DNA of 64,000 nt from an uncultured Clostridium sp. (GTDB taxonomy: Bacteria > Bacillota > Clostridia > TANB77 > CAG-508), in the NCBI GenBank assembly GCA_947574235.1, contig CANPIU010000002.1, positions 4,021 through 68,020 on the forward strand. Direction: 5' to 3'. Position numbers and translations under genes: made by a program. Below the pieces are notes generated by a model. It had not been told where the DNA came from. It did not search any database and worked only from the letters and a program-made list of their open reading frames with translations. Positions 47,140 to 56,064 of this stretch are shown one piece after another (positions within the stretch are counted from its first letter, which is position 1; each line of letters starts with the position of its first letter).

Positions 47140-49386
47140 TTATTTATTTTTGAGAAAATATTTTTCAAATTCTTCTTTGGTGATTGGTTTTGAATAGTAA
47201 TAGCCTTGTATGATATCTAAGCCAATTCTTTTTACAAATTCCATCTGTTCTTTGGTTTCAACCCCTTCAACGATGGTTTTTTTAATGCCTAAATGTTTGG
47301 CCATAAACAGGATATAATTTATCATATTGTCATCTGTCTTTAGGTCTGCTTTATCGACAAAAACTTTGTCAATTTTAATCACGTCGATTGGCATATTTTG
47401 TAACATACTTAAAGATGAATAGCCTGTTCCAAAGTCATCAATGGATATCATAAAGCCTTTTGATTTAATGTAATTCAATACTTTTAAGATATCAACGTTA
47501 GCATCTGCTGTTGCACTTTCTGTAATTTCTAAATCTAAGCAACTGGTTTCTATGTTGTATTTTTTACAGATTTCTACATATTTATCAATAAAGTTTTCTT
47601 CTGCGAAATGTTCTTTGGATACATTGACAGAAACCGTTGGCATATAGCTATAGTTTTCACGCCAATTAGCTAAATCTTTGCATACTTGCTCAAAGATATA
47701 TAGGTCTAGTTTTAGGATAAATTTATTTTTTTCAAACAAAGGAATAAATTTGCTTGGCGGTATGATTTCTCCTTCTTTGTACCAACGTATCAAGGCTTCT
47801 GCCCCTGACATTTTTTCATTAGCTGTATAGGTTTTTGGTTGATAGATTACGGTAAATTCTTGGTTCTTTAGTGCCTCTTCCATACAAGCTTCAATTTCTT
47901 GTTCTTCCATTAACTCGTTTTCTAATTTTTCATCAAATAAATAGTAATTGCTATGATATTGACCTTTTATTTGTGCTCGTGCCATATAGGATTTATCTAA
48001 TATTTTATGGATATCACTATCTTGTGGTGTGATTTCATAAGCACCAAGGGCTAAATTCAAGTGAATACTCGTGCCTTTTACTACTACATAAGAAAGTTCT
48101 TGGTATATGTTTTCCAACAAATTAGTAATTGGCTCTTTATACGTAAAAATAGTAGCAAAAATATCGTTAGAAATTCTACAAGTAATATTGTCGGCTGGTA
48201 ATACTTTCACTAATTTTTTACCTAGCATTTTTAATATTTCATTACAAAATTCATAACCATATCGATTATTTAAGGCTTTAAATTTACTAATATCAAGGGT
48301 TACAACATATTTCTTTTGAGGCTTATGTTTTTGTAAATAAATTCTTCCATTTTCTTTGAAAAAGGCTTCGTTTCCTAAGGAAGTTACCGGGTCAATATAA
48401 GCCACTTTATATAGTTTACGATTTTGCTTTTGGTTTGAAAGGTCGATATAGATTGTGATTACGATAATGACTAAATTAACCAATAAACAAAGTGCAAGTG
48501 AGATTATAACTAATCGTATTAATTCACCAGCAATGGTGTCATCTGCTGCAGTAGTAACAACATACCAGTCATTGATATTGACTTTTTCATAATGGATAAA
48601 ATACGTATCTTCTCCTAGTTTTGCATCAAAAGTTCCTGTTTCTTTATTTTTAATCGCTTTAGCCATCTTATCAATTTTTTGTTTTTCTTTGTCTGTGGTA
48701 GATGGATACCTATTTTTAATGTAATCATAGATGTTAGCATTGCTTTCTTTAATGTTGTTAAAGGAATCAATTAGAACAGTTCCATCATTATTGATTAGAT
48801 AGGTTCCTCCTTTTCCAAATAAACGTCTTAATAAAATTTCTTGATAGTCTGCTGTATTGATGGTTGCCATTAATACTTTTTCTTCGTCTTTTAAAGTAAA
48901 CGTTTTGGAATAAATGTTTACTTGATTATCGGAAACGGTACTTGGTCTATTTTCTGATACATAGACGTCTTGTTGTGTAAAAAATTCTTCCATATTTGGA
49001 TAATTACTTACAATATGTCCATCACTCGTTGTTCCATTTCCCTGCTTGTCTAAGATAACGAGTCTTGTAAAATGATAGTCTTCTAAGTCTATCACAAAAC
49101 GGTCAAAAATTTCTTCTGGTGTTTCAAAATAGCCTCTATTGATAGACTCTACCATGATTTCAACAAAATTCTTTTGTTCTGTGATAGACTGATTTAACTG
49201 TGCTGCTGTTTGCTTACTTAGCTCATTTATGTTTTGGTAGACGTTTTGATAGATTAAATCTTTTACATATCCTACATAGAAAAATGATAGTATTAGTATT
49301 ACTAAAAATACGAATAATATCCATGCAATGTTTAGTTTGTATGGCTTTTCTTGAATATAGGTAGTTTCTTGTTTTTTTCTTTTCAT
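47140..49386 (-). CDS. Membrane sensor with a Cache-like extracellular domain, a degenerate GGDEF domain and an intact EAL domain
   Basis: Two TM segments flank a ~270-aa periplasmic-type domain. The GGDEF position reads RISNDIF. EAL motifs EALIRW, DDFGTGYSS and EGVET are present. Confidence 0.85.
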   Translation of the reverse strand: MKRKKQETTYIQEKPYKLNIAWILFVFLVILILSFFYVGYVKDLIYQNVYQNINELSKQTAAQLNQSITEQKNFVEIMVESINRGYFETPEEIFDRFVIDLEDYHFTRLVILDKQGNGTTSDGHIVSNYPNMEEFFTQQDVYVSENRPSTVSDNQVNIYSKTFTLKDEEKVLMATINTADYQEILLRRLFGKGGTYLINNDGTVLIDSFNNIKESNANIYDYIKNRYPSTTDKEKQKIDKMAKAIKNKETGTFDAKLGEDTYFIHYEKVNINDWYVVTTAADDTIAGELIRLVIISLALCLLVNLVIIVITIYIDLSNQKQNRKLYKVAYIDPVTSLGNEAFFKENGRIYLQKHKPQKKYVVTLDISKFKALNNRYGYEFCNEILKMLGKKLVKVLPADNITCRISNDIFATIFTYKEPITNLLENIYQELSYVVVKGTSIHLNLALGAYEITPQDSDIHKILDKSYMARAQIKGQYHSNYYLFDEKLENELMEEQEIEACMEEALKNQEFTVIYQPKTYTANEKMSGAEALIRWYKEGEIIPPSKFIPLFEKNKFILKLDLYIFEQVCKDLANWRENYSYMPTVSVNVSKEHFAEENFIDKYVEICKKYNIETSCLDLEITESATADANVDILKVLNYIKSKGFMISIDDFGTGYSSLSMLQNMPIDVIKIDKVFVDKADLKTDDNMINYILFMAKHLGIKKTIVEGVETKEQMEFVKRIGLDIIQGYYYSKPITKEEFEKYFLKNK

Positions 49387-49490
49387 AGTGGTTTTCCTCC
49401 ATAATATTATTAAATTAATTCTAGATTAAGTTGCATTTTATGGTAAACTATGTTATTATATTATTATAAATTTAAAGAGAGGTGGTAATA

Positions 49491-49724
49491 ATGAAGAAAA
49501 AACTTCAGAACTTTGCTGATATGTTTCGGCATTGTTCAAAAAAACAGAAAGTATTTATTTGCTTTTGCTTATTGCTAACAATCATTTGCTTTGGGATATC
49601 CTTATGGATGATTTTGTTACAAGCAGTATTTGTAGGGATATCTGTGGCAATATCAGGTGCTTCTATTTTAGTATGCACTTTGATATGCTTAATGCACTTT
49701 GATTTGGGGCATTACCTGAAGTGA
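49491..49724 (+). CDS. Small two-TM hypothetical protein (in-frame CGG at 49527)
   Basis: ATG follows AGAGAGGTGG. 77 aa, hydrophobic. Confidence 0.45.
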   Translation: MKKKLQNFADMFRHCSKKQKVFICFCLLLTIICFGISLWMILLQAVFVGISVAISGASILVCTLICLMHFDLGHYLK

Positions 49725-49797
49725 TAACCAATCTGTAAATTGCCGCTATACTTCCACAGTATGGTGGCAATATTTTTTACTATCAAGACCCTTTTAC

Positions 49798-50241
49798 TTA
49801 AGGACCATAAGTATTATTATCGAACAATTCTAAAGGATATATCCTATTTTTTTCGATATCTTCAATTACCTTTAAATTAAGTTCATAGCCCCTTAATTCT
49901 TCTTTTTTCATCTTTTTAATCTCTTCTATCTCTATCCATTTTATTTCCATTATTTCTTGTTCATCAAATGAATTATTTTCTTCTACCATTTCTGCCATAA
50001 AATGTATGATTACATGTGTTTCTTCTTCTAAATCAACACTTGCTATTGGTAAAACCCCTTTTAATTCTACTTTGCAACCTGTTTCTTCAAAGGTTTCTCT
50101 CTTTGCCGCTTCTGTTATCTTTTCAAACTCTTCTACTTTCCCTGCTGGATAATTCCACTTGCCATGAAATTCTTTTTTTGTTTCTCTTACCATTAAAATT
50201 TTGTTATCTTTCTTAATAATACAGCCTGCTATTACTTTCAT
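49798..50241 (-). CDS. NUDIX hydrolase
   Basis: Nudix box AGKVEEFEKITEAAKRETFEETGC. Confidence 0.8.
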   Translation of the reverse strand: MKVIAGCIIKKDNKILMVRETKKEFHGKWNYPAGKVEEFEKITEAAKRETFEETGCKVELKGVLPIASVDLEEETHVIIHFMAEMVEENNSFDEQEIMEIKWIEIEEIKKMKKEELRGYELNLKVIEDIEKNRIYPLELFDNNTYGP

Positions 50242-50259
50242 TTACTTTCTCTCCTCTTT

Positions 50260-50652
50260 TTAAGATGATATTACTATCTTATTTTTATCTGGGTCTAAAA
50301 TCCCAAATTCTGTCATCCCATAATCAGTTTCTTTTATCTCCATAAAAAATTCTACGTGCTTTTCCTTTAAGACATTGTAAAATTCCTTTAATTCTTCACG
50401 GGTATTCTTGAATTTAAACTTAAGTAGATTGGTAGTCTCCATTTTACTAGGAAACCCCAGTATTTCTTGACAAGTGGAAACGTAAGTTTCCAACATAATT
50501 CTAGTTTCCCCACATTTCATTTGAACCCAACTATACGGTTCATTATCCTCTTCTGTCAATTCTATTGCAAAGCCCAAATTTTCTTGATAAAAAGCAATTG
50601 ATTTTTGCATATCATCGACGACAAACTCATTGACAATATTTACTAAATTCAT
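50260..50652 (-). CDS. Glyoxalase/bleomycin-resistance (VOC) fold protein
   Basis: N-terminus ..VDDMQKSIAFYQENLGF and size typical of the VOC family. Overlaps the HAD gene end by 26 nt. Confidence 0.5.
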   Translation of the reverse strand: MNLVNIVNEFVVDDMQKSIAFYQENLGFAIELTEEDNEPYSWVQMKCGETRIMLETYVSTCQEILGFPSKMETTNLLKFKFKNTREELKEFYNVLKEKHVEFFMEIKETDYGMTEFGILDPDKNKIVISS

Positions 50653-51388
50653 GCAATTCCTCTCCTTCTAATTCACCCTTACTATACCTTAACATTTCCC
50701 CAAAGTCCTTAAACTTATACTGGCATAAACGATTAATTTGTTCTCGATTGCTATCCGAATACTTATCATAAATAACTGCCACTTCTATGTTAGCATTATG
50801 AGCCGCTTCTACCCCAATTAAAGAGTCCTCTACAATTAAACATTGTTCTGGTTTTAAGTTTAATTCCTTTAAAATCCTTTCATGAATTTCTGGATTTGGT
50901 TTTAATTGTTTTGCCGCTCCCTTTGCATAGATAATCGAAAAATAATCTTCTAAGTTAGCTTTCCTTTTTATGTTTTCATTATCCTTTTTGTAGATTTCTA
51001 CTGTATGGTCATTGGTTGTACTAGCAATTGCTAATAAAAATCCCTTTTCTTTTAAGTAACTTAATACTTGTTCTGCTTGTGGTTTATAATCAATTTCTTC
51101 TTTTAAATACTGGTCTGCTATTTCATATCTTAGTTTCTTAATTTCATGCGTACTCAACTTTGCATGATATTCTTCTTTTAAAAACTCACAATAAGCTAAA
51201 TAAGCATCTTCACATTTACTATACTCTTTTAATTTTTCATCTCTTCTTTTTCCGATATCTATTTTCTCATCAATTGGAATCGTAGAAATGGTTTCTATTA
51301 ATTTATGGTCAATGGCGTTCCAAATTCCAATTGAATCGATTAACGTTCCATCTAAATCAAAAATAATTAGCTTTTTTCCTTTTAACAT
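50627..51388 (-). CDS. HAD-superfamily hydrolase
   Basis: Motif I IIFDLDGTLIDS, motif II ASTT, motif IV VEDSLIGVEAA. ATG 51388 is preferred because the longer ORF overlaps the MazG gene by 68 nt. Confidence 0.8.
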   Translation of the reverse strand: MLKGKKLIIFDLDGTLIDSIGIWNAIDHKLIETISTIPIDEKIDIGKRRDEKLKEYSKCEDAYLAYCEFLKEEYHAKLSTHEIKKLRYEIADQYLKEEIDYKPQAEQVLSYLKEKGFLLAIASTTNDHTVEIYKKDNENIKRKANLEDYFSIIYAKGAAKQLKPNPEIHERILKELNLKPEQCLIVEDSLIGVEAAHNANIEVAVIYDKYSDSNREQINRLCQYKFKDFGEMLRYSKGELEGEELHEFSKYCQ

Positions 51389-51398
51389 ATTAAATTTC

Positions 51399-51755
51399 CT
51401 ATTCCTTTTCCCATATTCTCTTGCAATTTTTTGCTTCTTTTTCCTTAATACAATTGTAAATGTCAATATCTAACTCATTGCATACACATGATAACATGTA
51501 AAACACGTCTGCTACTTCTTCTTCAATTGTATCATAATGGTTGATTTTCTCCTTATCAATTGCCATATCTGTTGCATTTCTTCTGATTGCTTTTGCGAGT
51601 TCCCCTACTTCTTCTAGCAATAATAACATTACTTTTGTAATCTCTTGTTGATGAAAACCACGTATTTGATTTATATTTTTAAGGTAGGCTTGTACTTCTC
51701 TTAACGTATTCGTTTCTTTTAAATTGTTCCATAACTCTAATTGTTCTTTTTCCAT
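51399..51755 (-). CDS. MazG-like nucleotide pyrophosphohydrolase
   Basis: EEVGELAKAIR ... EEVADVFYML acidic helix pair typical of small MazG/all-alpha NTP-PPases. Confidence 0.7.
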   Translation of the reverse strand: MEKEQLELWNNLKETNTLREVQAYLKNINQIRGFHQQEITKVMLLLLEEVGELAKAIRRNATDMAIDKEKINHYDTIEEEVADVFYMLSCVCNELDIDIYNCIKEKEAKNCKRIWEKE

Positions 51756-51769
51756 AACTTTCTCTCTTT

Positions 51770-52249
51770 CTAATCCGTTTCATAATTCAATTCCAAGATA
51801 TTTTCTTGCTCATCTACTACTAACTTCATCTTAAAATTAGTATTTTTCGCTAACAAACTTTTTCGAAAAAAACGATTTAGTAGTACCATCCCTGCTAATA
51901 TCTTTTCTTTTTGGAATAGTTGTTCTATTGCTATCCAAGTTGAAAAATTATCGGCTGTCTCTTTTGGCTCTCCTTGATAAGTATGGGTAATAAAAATGTC
52001 AAAGATAAGTTTTCTCGTTGGATATTCTATGATTAAGTTTCCTTTACGTTCTAAATCGTTTACCTCTATTCCTGTTTCTTCTTTCATTTCTCGAATTGCT
52101 GCTTGCTCTGCGGTTTCTCCTTCTTCTATTTTGCCTCCAGGAATATCATAATATCCTTCTTTTTTATTTCCACTTTTATAACAAATGGCTACCACTTTGT
52201 CTTCTTGTATCAGAAAACATTTTGCGGCTTTTCGAATTGTTTTTTCCAT
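51770..52249 (-). CDS. NUDIX hydrolase (MutT-like)
   Basis: Nudix box GGKIEEGETAEQAAIREMKEETGI. Confidence 0.8.
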   Translation of the reverse strand: MEKTIRKAAKCFLIQEDKVVAICYKSGNKKEGYYDIPGGKIEEGETAEQAAIREMKEETGIEVNDLERKGNLIIEYPTRKLIFDIFITHTYQGEPKETADNFSTWIAIEQLFQKEKILAGMVLLNRFFRKSLLAKNTNFKMKLVVDEQENILELNYETD

Positions 52250-52260
52250 GCTTACACCTC

Positions 52261-52770
52261 CTAACTATATTTTTCTTTTACAATCGTATATAATTCTTGG
52301 GCTCCTTTACTTAATTCATTTACTGGCACTTCCCCTATTTGGTATCTTTCATAGCTTAAATTTTTAGTTGGCTCTGCAATTTGTAATTCTCCTTTTTCGA
52401 AACGTCCCTTATAAACCAGATAAATCCATTTTTGCTTTTTGGCATATCTTTCGTCAAAAGTTTCGGCATAAGTTGCTATGATAAATTCTTCTAGGGTAAT
52501 TTCTGCTTCATCTCCAACTTCTTCTTTGATTTCTCTTTGAAGGGCTACTCTAAAATTAGCATCTTCGTTTTTTACTCTCCCACCAATGGTTTCTAGCTTA
52601 AATCTTTCGTCTCTACAAGCTCCTCCTCTTCTTTGGAAAATAATATTATTGTCGTTATCAAAGGCATAGATAATAACTGCAATCTCATAATCGTCTGCTA
52701 TATTTTTATTATTTTTGAGTTTTTCTCTTAATTCTTCCCTTTCTTCTACTTCTTCTGAAAATAACTGCAT
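52261..52770 (-). CDS. NUDIX hydrolase
   Basis: Nudix-like box GGRVKNEDANFRVALQREIKEEVGD. Confidence 0.7.
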   Translation of the reverse strand: MQLFSEEVEEREELREKLKNNKNIADDYEIAVIIYAFDNDNNIIFQRRGGACRDERFKLETIGGRVKNEDANFRVALQREIKEEVGDEAEITLEEFIIATYAETFDERYAKKQKWIYLVYKGRFEKGELQIAEPTKNLSYERYQIGEVPVNELSKGAQELYTIVKEKYS

Positions 52771-52864
52771 TTCTCTCTCCTCTTTTTTATTTTATATCAT
52801 AATCCCTTATTTATTTCAACTAAGTTACAAATTTTATTAAAATTTATATATTTTGAATTTCTAC

Positions 52865-52893
52865 TTGACATATACAAACAATTGTTTTAAAAT
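52865..52893 (+). promoter_or_regulatory. Sigma-A promoter with an embedded 12-bp palindrome, upstream of the KilA-N gene
   Basis: TTGACA-17 nt-TAAAAT. The spacer contains the perfect palindrome AAACAATTGTTT (52876-52887) and flanking TATACAAA direct repeats. Confidence 0.55.
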
Positions 52894-52928
52894 GTATACA
52901 AATTTTAACAAGATAGGACGTGATATTT

Positions 52929-53792
52929 ATGAAGAAAGAAATCATAAAAACACAAATGAAAGTAAAAGATAATTTAGTAAGTGTTATGAGAGTTGGAGAT
53001 ATAGATTATATCTCATTAACAGATTTAGCACGATATAAAAATCCCTTAACACCTGGTGATGTTATTATTAAATGGATGAGTAATAAAAGTTCTTTTGATT
53101 TTTATTGTTTATGGGAAGAACTTTCAAATCCTAATTTTAAACTAGCGGAATCCCGCGAGTTTAAAAATGACTCTGCTAATCAATCTTTTACGATGAGTCC
53201 CTCTAGGTGGATTAAAGAAACGGGTGCAATCGGTTTTATTTCTAAAAGAGGAAAATATGATGGTGGTACTTTTTCGCATCCAGATATTGCCTTAGAATTT
53301 GCTTCTTGGCTAGATACAGCATTTAAGCTCCATTTAATAAAAGAATTCGAAAGGTTAAAACAAAATGAAAGCTATCAAAATAAAGTCAATTGGTCTGTTA
53401 GACGAGAACTGGCCAAAACAAATTATCGAATACATACTGGTAGTATTAAAGAGAATATAGTTCCTACTCTTACGGAAAAGCAAAAACTATATGTTTATGC
53501 CAATGAAGCCGATATTTTAAATGTTGCATTATTTGGAATAACTGCCAAACAATGGAAAGATAAAAATCCTACTTTAAAGGGTAATATGCGAGATTACGCA
53601 AATATTCTTCAGTTAGTTATTTTAGTCAATCTTGAAAATTTAAATGCACAAATGATAAAAGAAGGCTTAGCGCAAAAAAATAGATTAGAAAAACTAAATC
53701 AAATAGCCAAAGAACAATATGTCATTTTGCATAATCATAATAGCATCAAAAAAATCGAAAATTTAGATAATCCTACTAAACTATTAAATTAA
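52929..53792 (+). CDS. KilA-N domain DNA-binding protein
   Basis: N-terminus ..DYISLTDLARYKN.....VI.NWM....T..F...WE..NNP, and SHPDIALEFASWL typical of KilA-N. Confidence 0.6.
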   Translation: MKKEIIKTQMKVKDNLVSVMRVGDIDYISLTDLARYKNPLTPGDVIIKWMSNKSSFDFYCLWEELSNPNFKLAESREFKNDSANQSFTMSPSRWIKETGAIGFISKRGKYDGGTFSHPDIALEFASWLDTAFKLHLIKEFERLKQNESYQNKVNWSVRRELAKTNYRIHTGSIKENIVPTLTEKQKLYVYANEADILNVALFGITAKQWKDKNPTLKGNMRDYANILQLVILVNLENLNAQMIKEGLAQKNRLEKLNQIAKEQYVILHNHNSIKKIENLDNPTKLLN

Positions 53793-53878
53793 TAATAATT
53801 CCATTATATTCTTCTCAATATTATCTTTAACACTCATATTTAACCGCTAAAATTAATATCCATTAAAAAGGTGATAAT

Positions 53879-55261
53879 TTGAGAAAAACAAAAATCTTTC
53901 TAATCAATGGCTTAGTATTAACGCTGACAGCATTATTCATGCGAAGCATTGGCATGTTATTTAACTTATCTGTATCGAACAAAATCGGTTCCGAAGCAGT
54001 TGGTGTATTTAGCCTAGTTATGTCTGTTTACTTATTGGCCATCACATTAGCTACCTCTGGTTTAAGTCTTGCTTGTACCCGCATTGTTTCTGAACAATTA
54101 ACGCAAAAAAACTTTTACGATGCTCTAAAAGCCGTTAAAAGTTGTCTTCTTTTTGCTTGTTTTTTAGGAATAGGAAGTGCTATTCTAGTTTTATTATTCT
54201 CTCCTGCCATTTCCAAAATTTGGTTAAAAGGTATGGTATCTGCCACACCTTTATACTTAATTAGCGTAGGACTACCCTTTATTAGTATTTCAAGTGTGCT
54301 AAATGGTTATTTTTCAGCCGTGAGAAAAGGATATGCCACTGCCTTTTCTCAAGTATTTGAATTACTAATTAAAATACTGGTAAGTATGACATTTCTTCAT
54401 TTTAGTACCAACCTAACGGTTGAGACAATTTGTATTTTCTTAATTCTAGCAGACGTTATTTCCGAAATTGCGTCTTGCAGTTTGTTAATTATTTTTTACC
54501 AAATCGACAAACTTAAAATTTGCAGACGAGCCGTTAACACCATTACCTTTAAAAAGAAAATCTTACAAATTACCTTTCCTGTATTGGTCACTTCTTGTAT
54601 TCGTTCTGGTTTATCTACGTTAAAACAATTCTTAATTCCCAGTCGTTTAGTTTTATTTGGCTTGCCTTATAGTTTAGCTTTATCCGAATACGGAAAAATC
54701 AATGGGATGACTTTGTCTGTTTTGCTATTTCCTAGCGTGTTTATCAATTCTTTTAGTGGACTACTAATTCCTGAATTTTCTAGTTTAATGGCAAAGCAAT
54801 ATAAAAAGAGAATTCAGGAAATTTGTCAAAAAGTATTTTTGACAACCCTTCTATTCTCTGTTAGTATTTCTCTTATTTTTTATCTTTTTGCTAACCAAAT
54901 TAGTTTGTTAGTTTTTCACAATTTAGAGTGCGGTACCTACCTAAAAATCCTCTCTTGCTTACTAATTTTTATGTATCCAGATACCATCATAGACAGTATG
55001 CTAAAAGGCTTAAATAAGCAATTTGAAGTTATGGTTTGTAATATTTTAGATTTAATCTTAATGATTGGTGTTTTGTACCTTTTGCTACCTGCCTTTGGTT
55101 TAACAGGCTATCTTTTAGCCATTATCATCAGCGAGGTGTTCAATTTTTGTGTTAGCTTTTTTCAATTGCATCGTGCTACAGACTTTAAGATGCCATTTTC
55201 GATGGTTTGTTGTTATGCATTTTTCTTAGGACTTAGTCTTATTACACTATTTACCCTTTAA
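53879..55261 (+). CDS. spoVB: Stage V sporulation protein B / MOP-superfamily (MurJ-like) flippase
   Basis: ~460 aa, ~12-14 TM segments. N-terminus FLINGLVLTLTALFMRSIGMLFN..S..IGSEAVG typical of SpoVB. Confidence 0.7.
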   Translation: MRKTKIFLINGLVLTLTALFMRSIGMLFNLSVSNKIGSEAVGVFSLVMSVYLLAITLATSGLSLACTRIVSEQLTQKNFYDALKAVKSCLLFACFLGIGSAILVLLFSPAISKIWLKGMVSATPLYLISVGLPFISISSVLNGYFSAVRKGYATAFSQVFELLIKILVSMTFLHFSTNLTVETICIFLILADVISEIASCSLLIIFYQIDKLKICRRAVNTITFKKKILQITFPVLVTSCIRSGLSTLKQFLIPSRLVLFGLPYSLALSEYGKINGMTLSVLLFPSVFINSFSGLLIPEFSSLMAKQYKKRIQEICQKVFLTTLLFSVSISLIFYLFANQISLLVFHNLECGTYLKILSCLLIFMYPDTIIDSMLKGLNKQFEVMVCNILDLILMIGVLYLLLPAFGLTGYLLAIIISEVFNFCVSFFQLHRATDFKMPFSMVCCYAFFLGLSLITLFTL

Positions 55262-56064
55262 GTACCTGTACCTCTATATTTATTTAAGGCTAAATTCCAA
55301 AGTTTGATGGCAATAATCCATAAAATAATAGCAACCAATGGCGACCAATAAATCATATACGAATTTAAGCCCAAATAGTCCATTGTAGGATAATAAGCGA
55401 CAAAAGCAAAAGGTAAAACAAGCGTAATTAGTATTTTAATCATTTTGTTATAAATATCAATCGGATATTCCGTAAAGGTATAAATTCTGTAAAATGACCA
55501 TATCACTTCATTGGATTTATAGGTCCAAAAGGACGAAATACTAAAGATAACTTCAATAGCCCCTATGATTAAAGCCCCTATCACACTAAAAAATAGAATC
55601 TTAAAAATTAAGATAGCTGTGATTGGAATAGCAAGGTCTATTAACATATAGATGGTTAGTCCTAAACCTATCAAAACGTCTCCTACAGCAGTAAATTCAT
55701 CCGAACCTCCAATAATAGAAAGAAGCGGATGCACTGGTCTTAATAAAATTTTATCAAAATCGCCTCTTCTTATGTATTCTGGACCTAGCTGATACAATTC
55801 ATCAAAACAATAACTTGCAATTCCCACTGGAATTCTAGTAATACCATACAATAATAAAATTTGTTTAAAATCCCAACCTGCCAAGGTTTCTGTATTTTGA
55901 AAGACAATTAAAATAAAAATTAAACTAACGAATTGAACTACCAATTGAGAAAAAGCCCCAACGATACAGTCCACTCGATAAATTAAAATTTCTTTTAAAG
56001 ACATTTTTAACAAAGAAAAATATAAACTTACATTATCTCGTAGTTTTTTCATGTTATCCTCCAT
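55258..56064 (-). CDS. ABC-2 family transporter permease
   Basis: 268 aa, 6 TM segments. Overlaps the neighbouring permease gene by 11 nt. Confidence 0.7.
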   Translation of the reverse strand: MEDNMKKLRDNVSLYFSLLKMSLKEILIYRVDCIVGAFSQLVVQFVSLIFILIVFQNTETLAGWDFKQILLLYGITRIPVGIASYCFDELYQLGPEYIRRGDFDKILLRPVHPLLSIIGGSDEFTAVGDVLIGLGLTIYMLIDLAIPITAILIFKILFFSVIGALIIGAIEVIFSISSFWTYKSNEVIWSFYRIYTFTEYPIDIYNKMIKILITLVLPFAFVAYYPTMDYLGLNSYMIYWSPLVAIILWIIAIKLWNLALNKYRGTGT

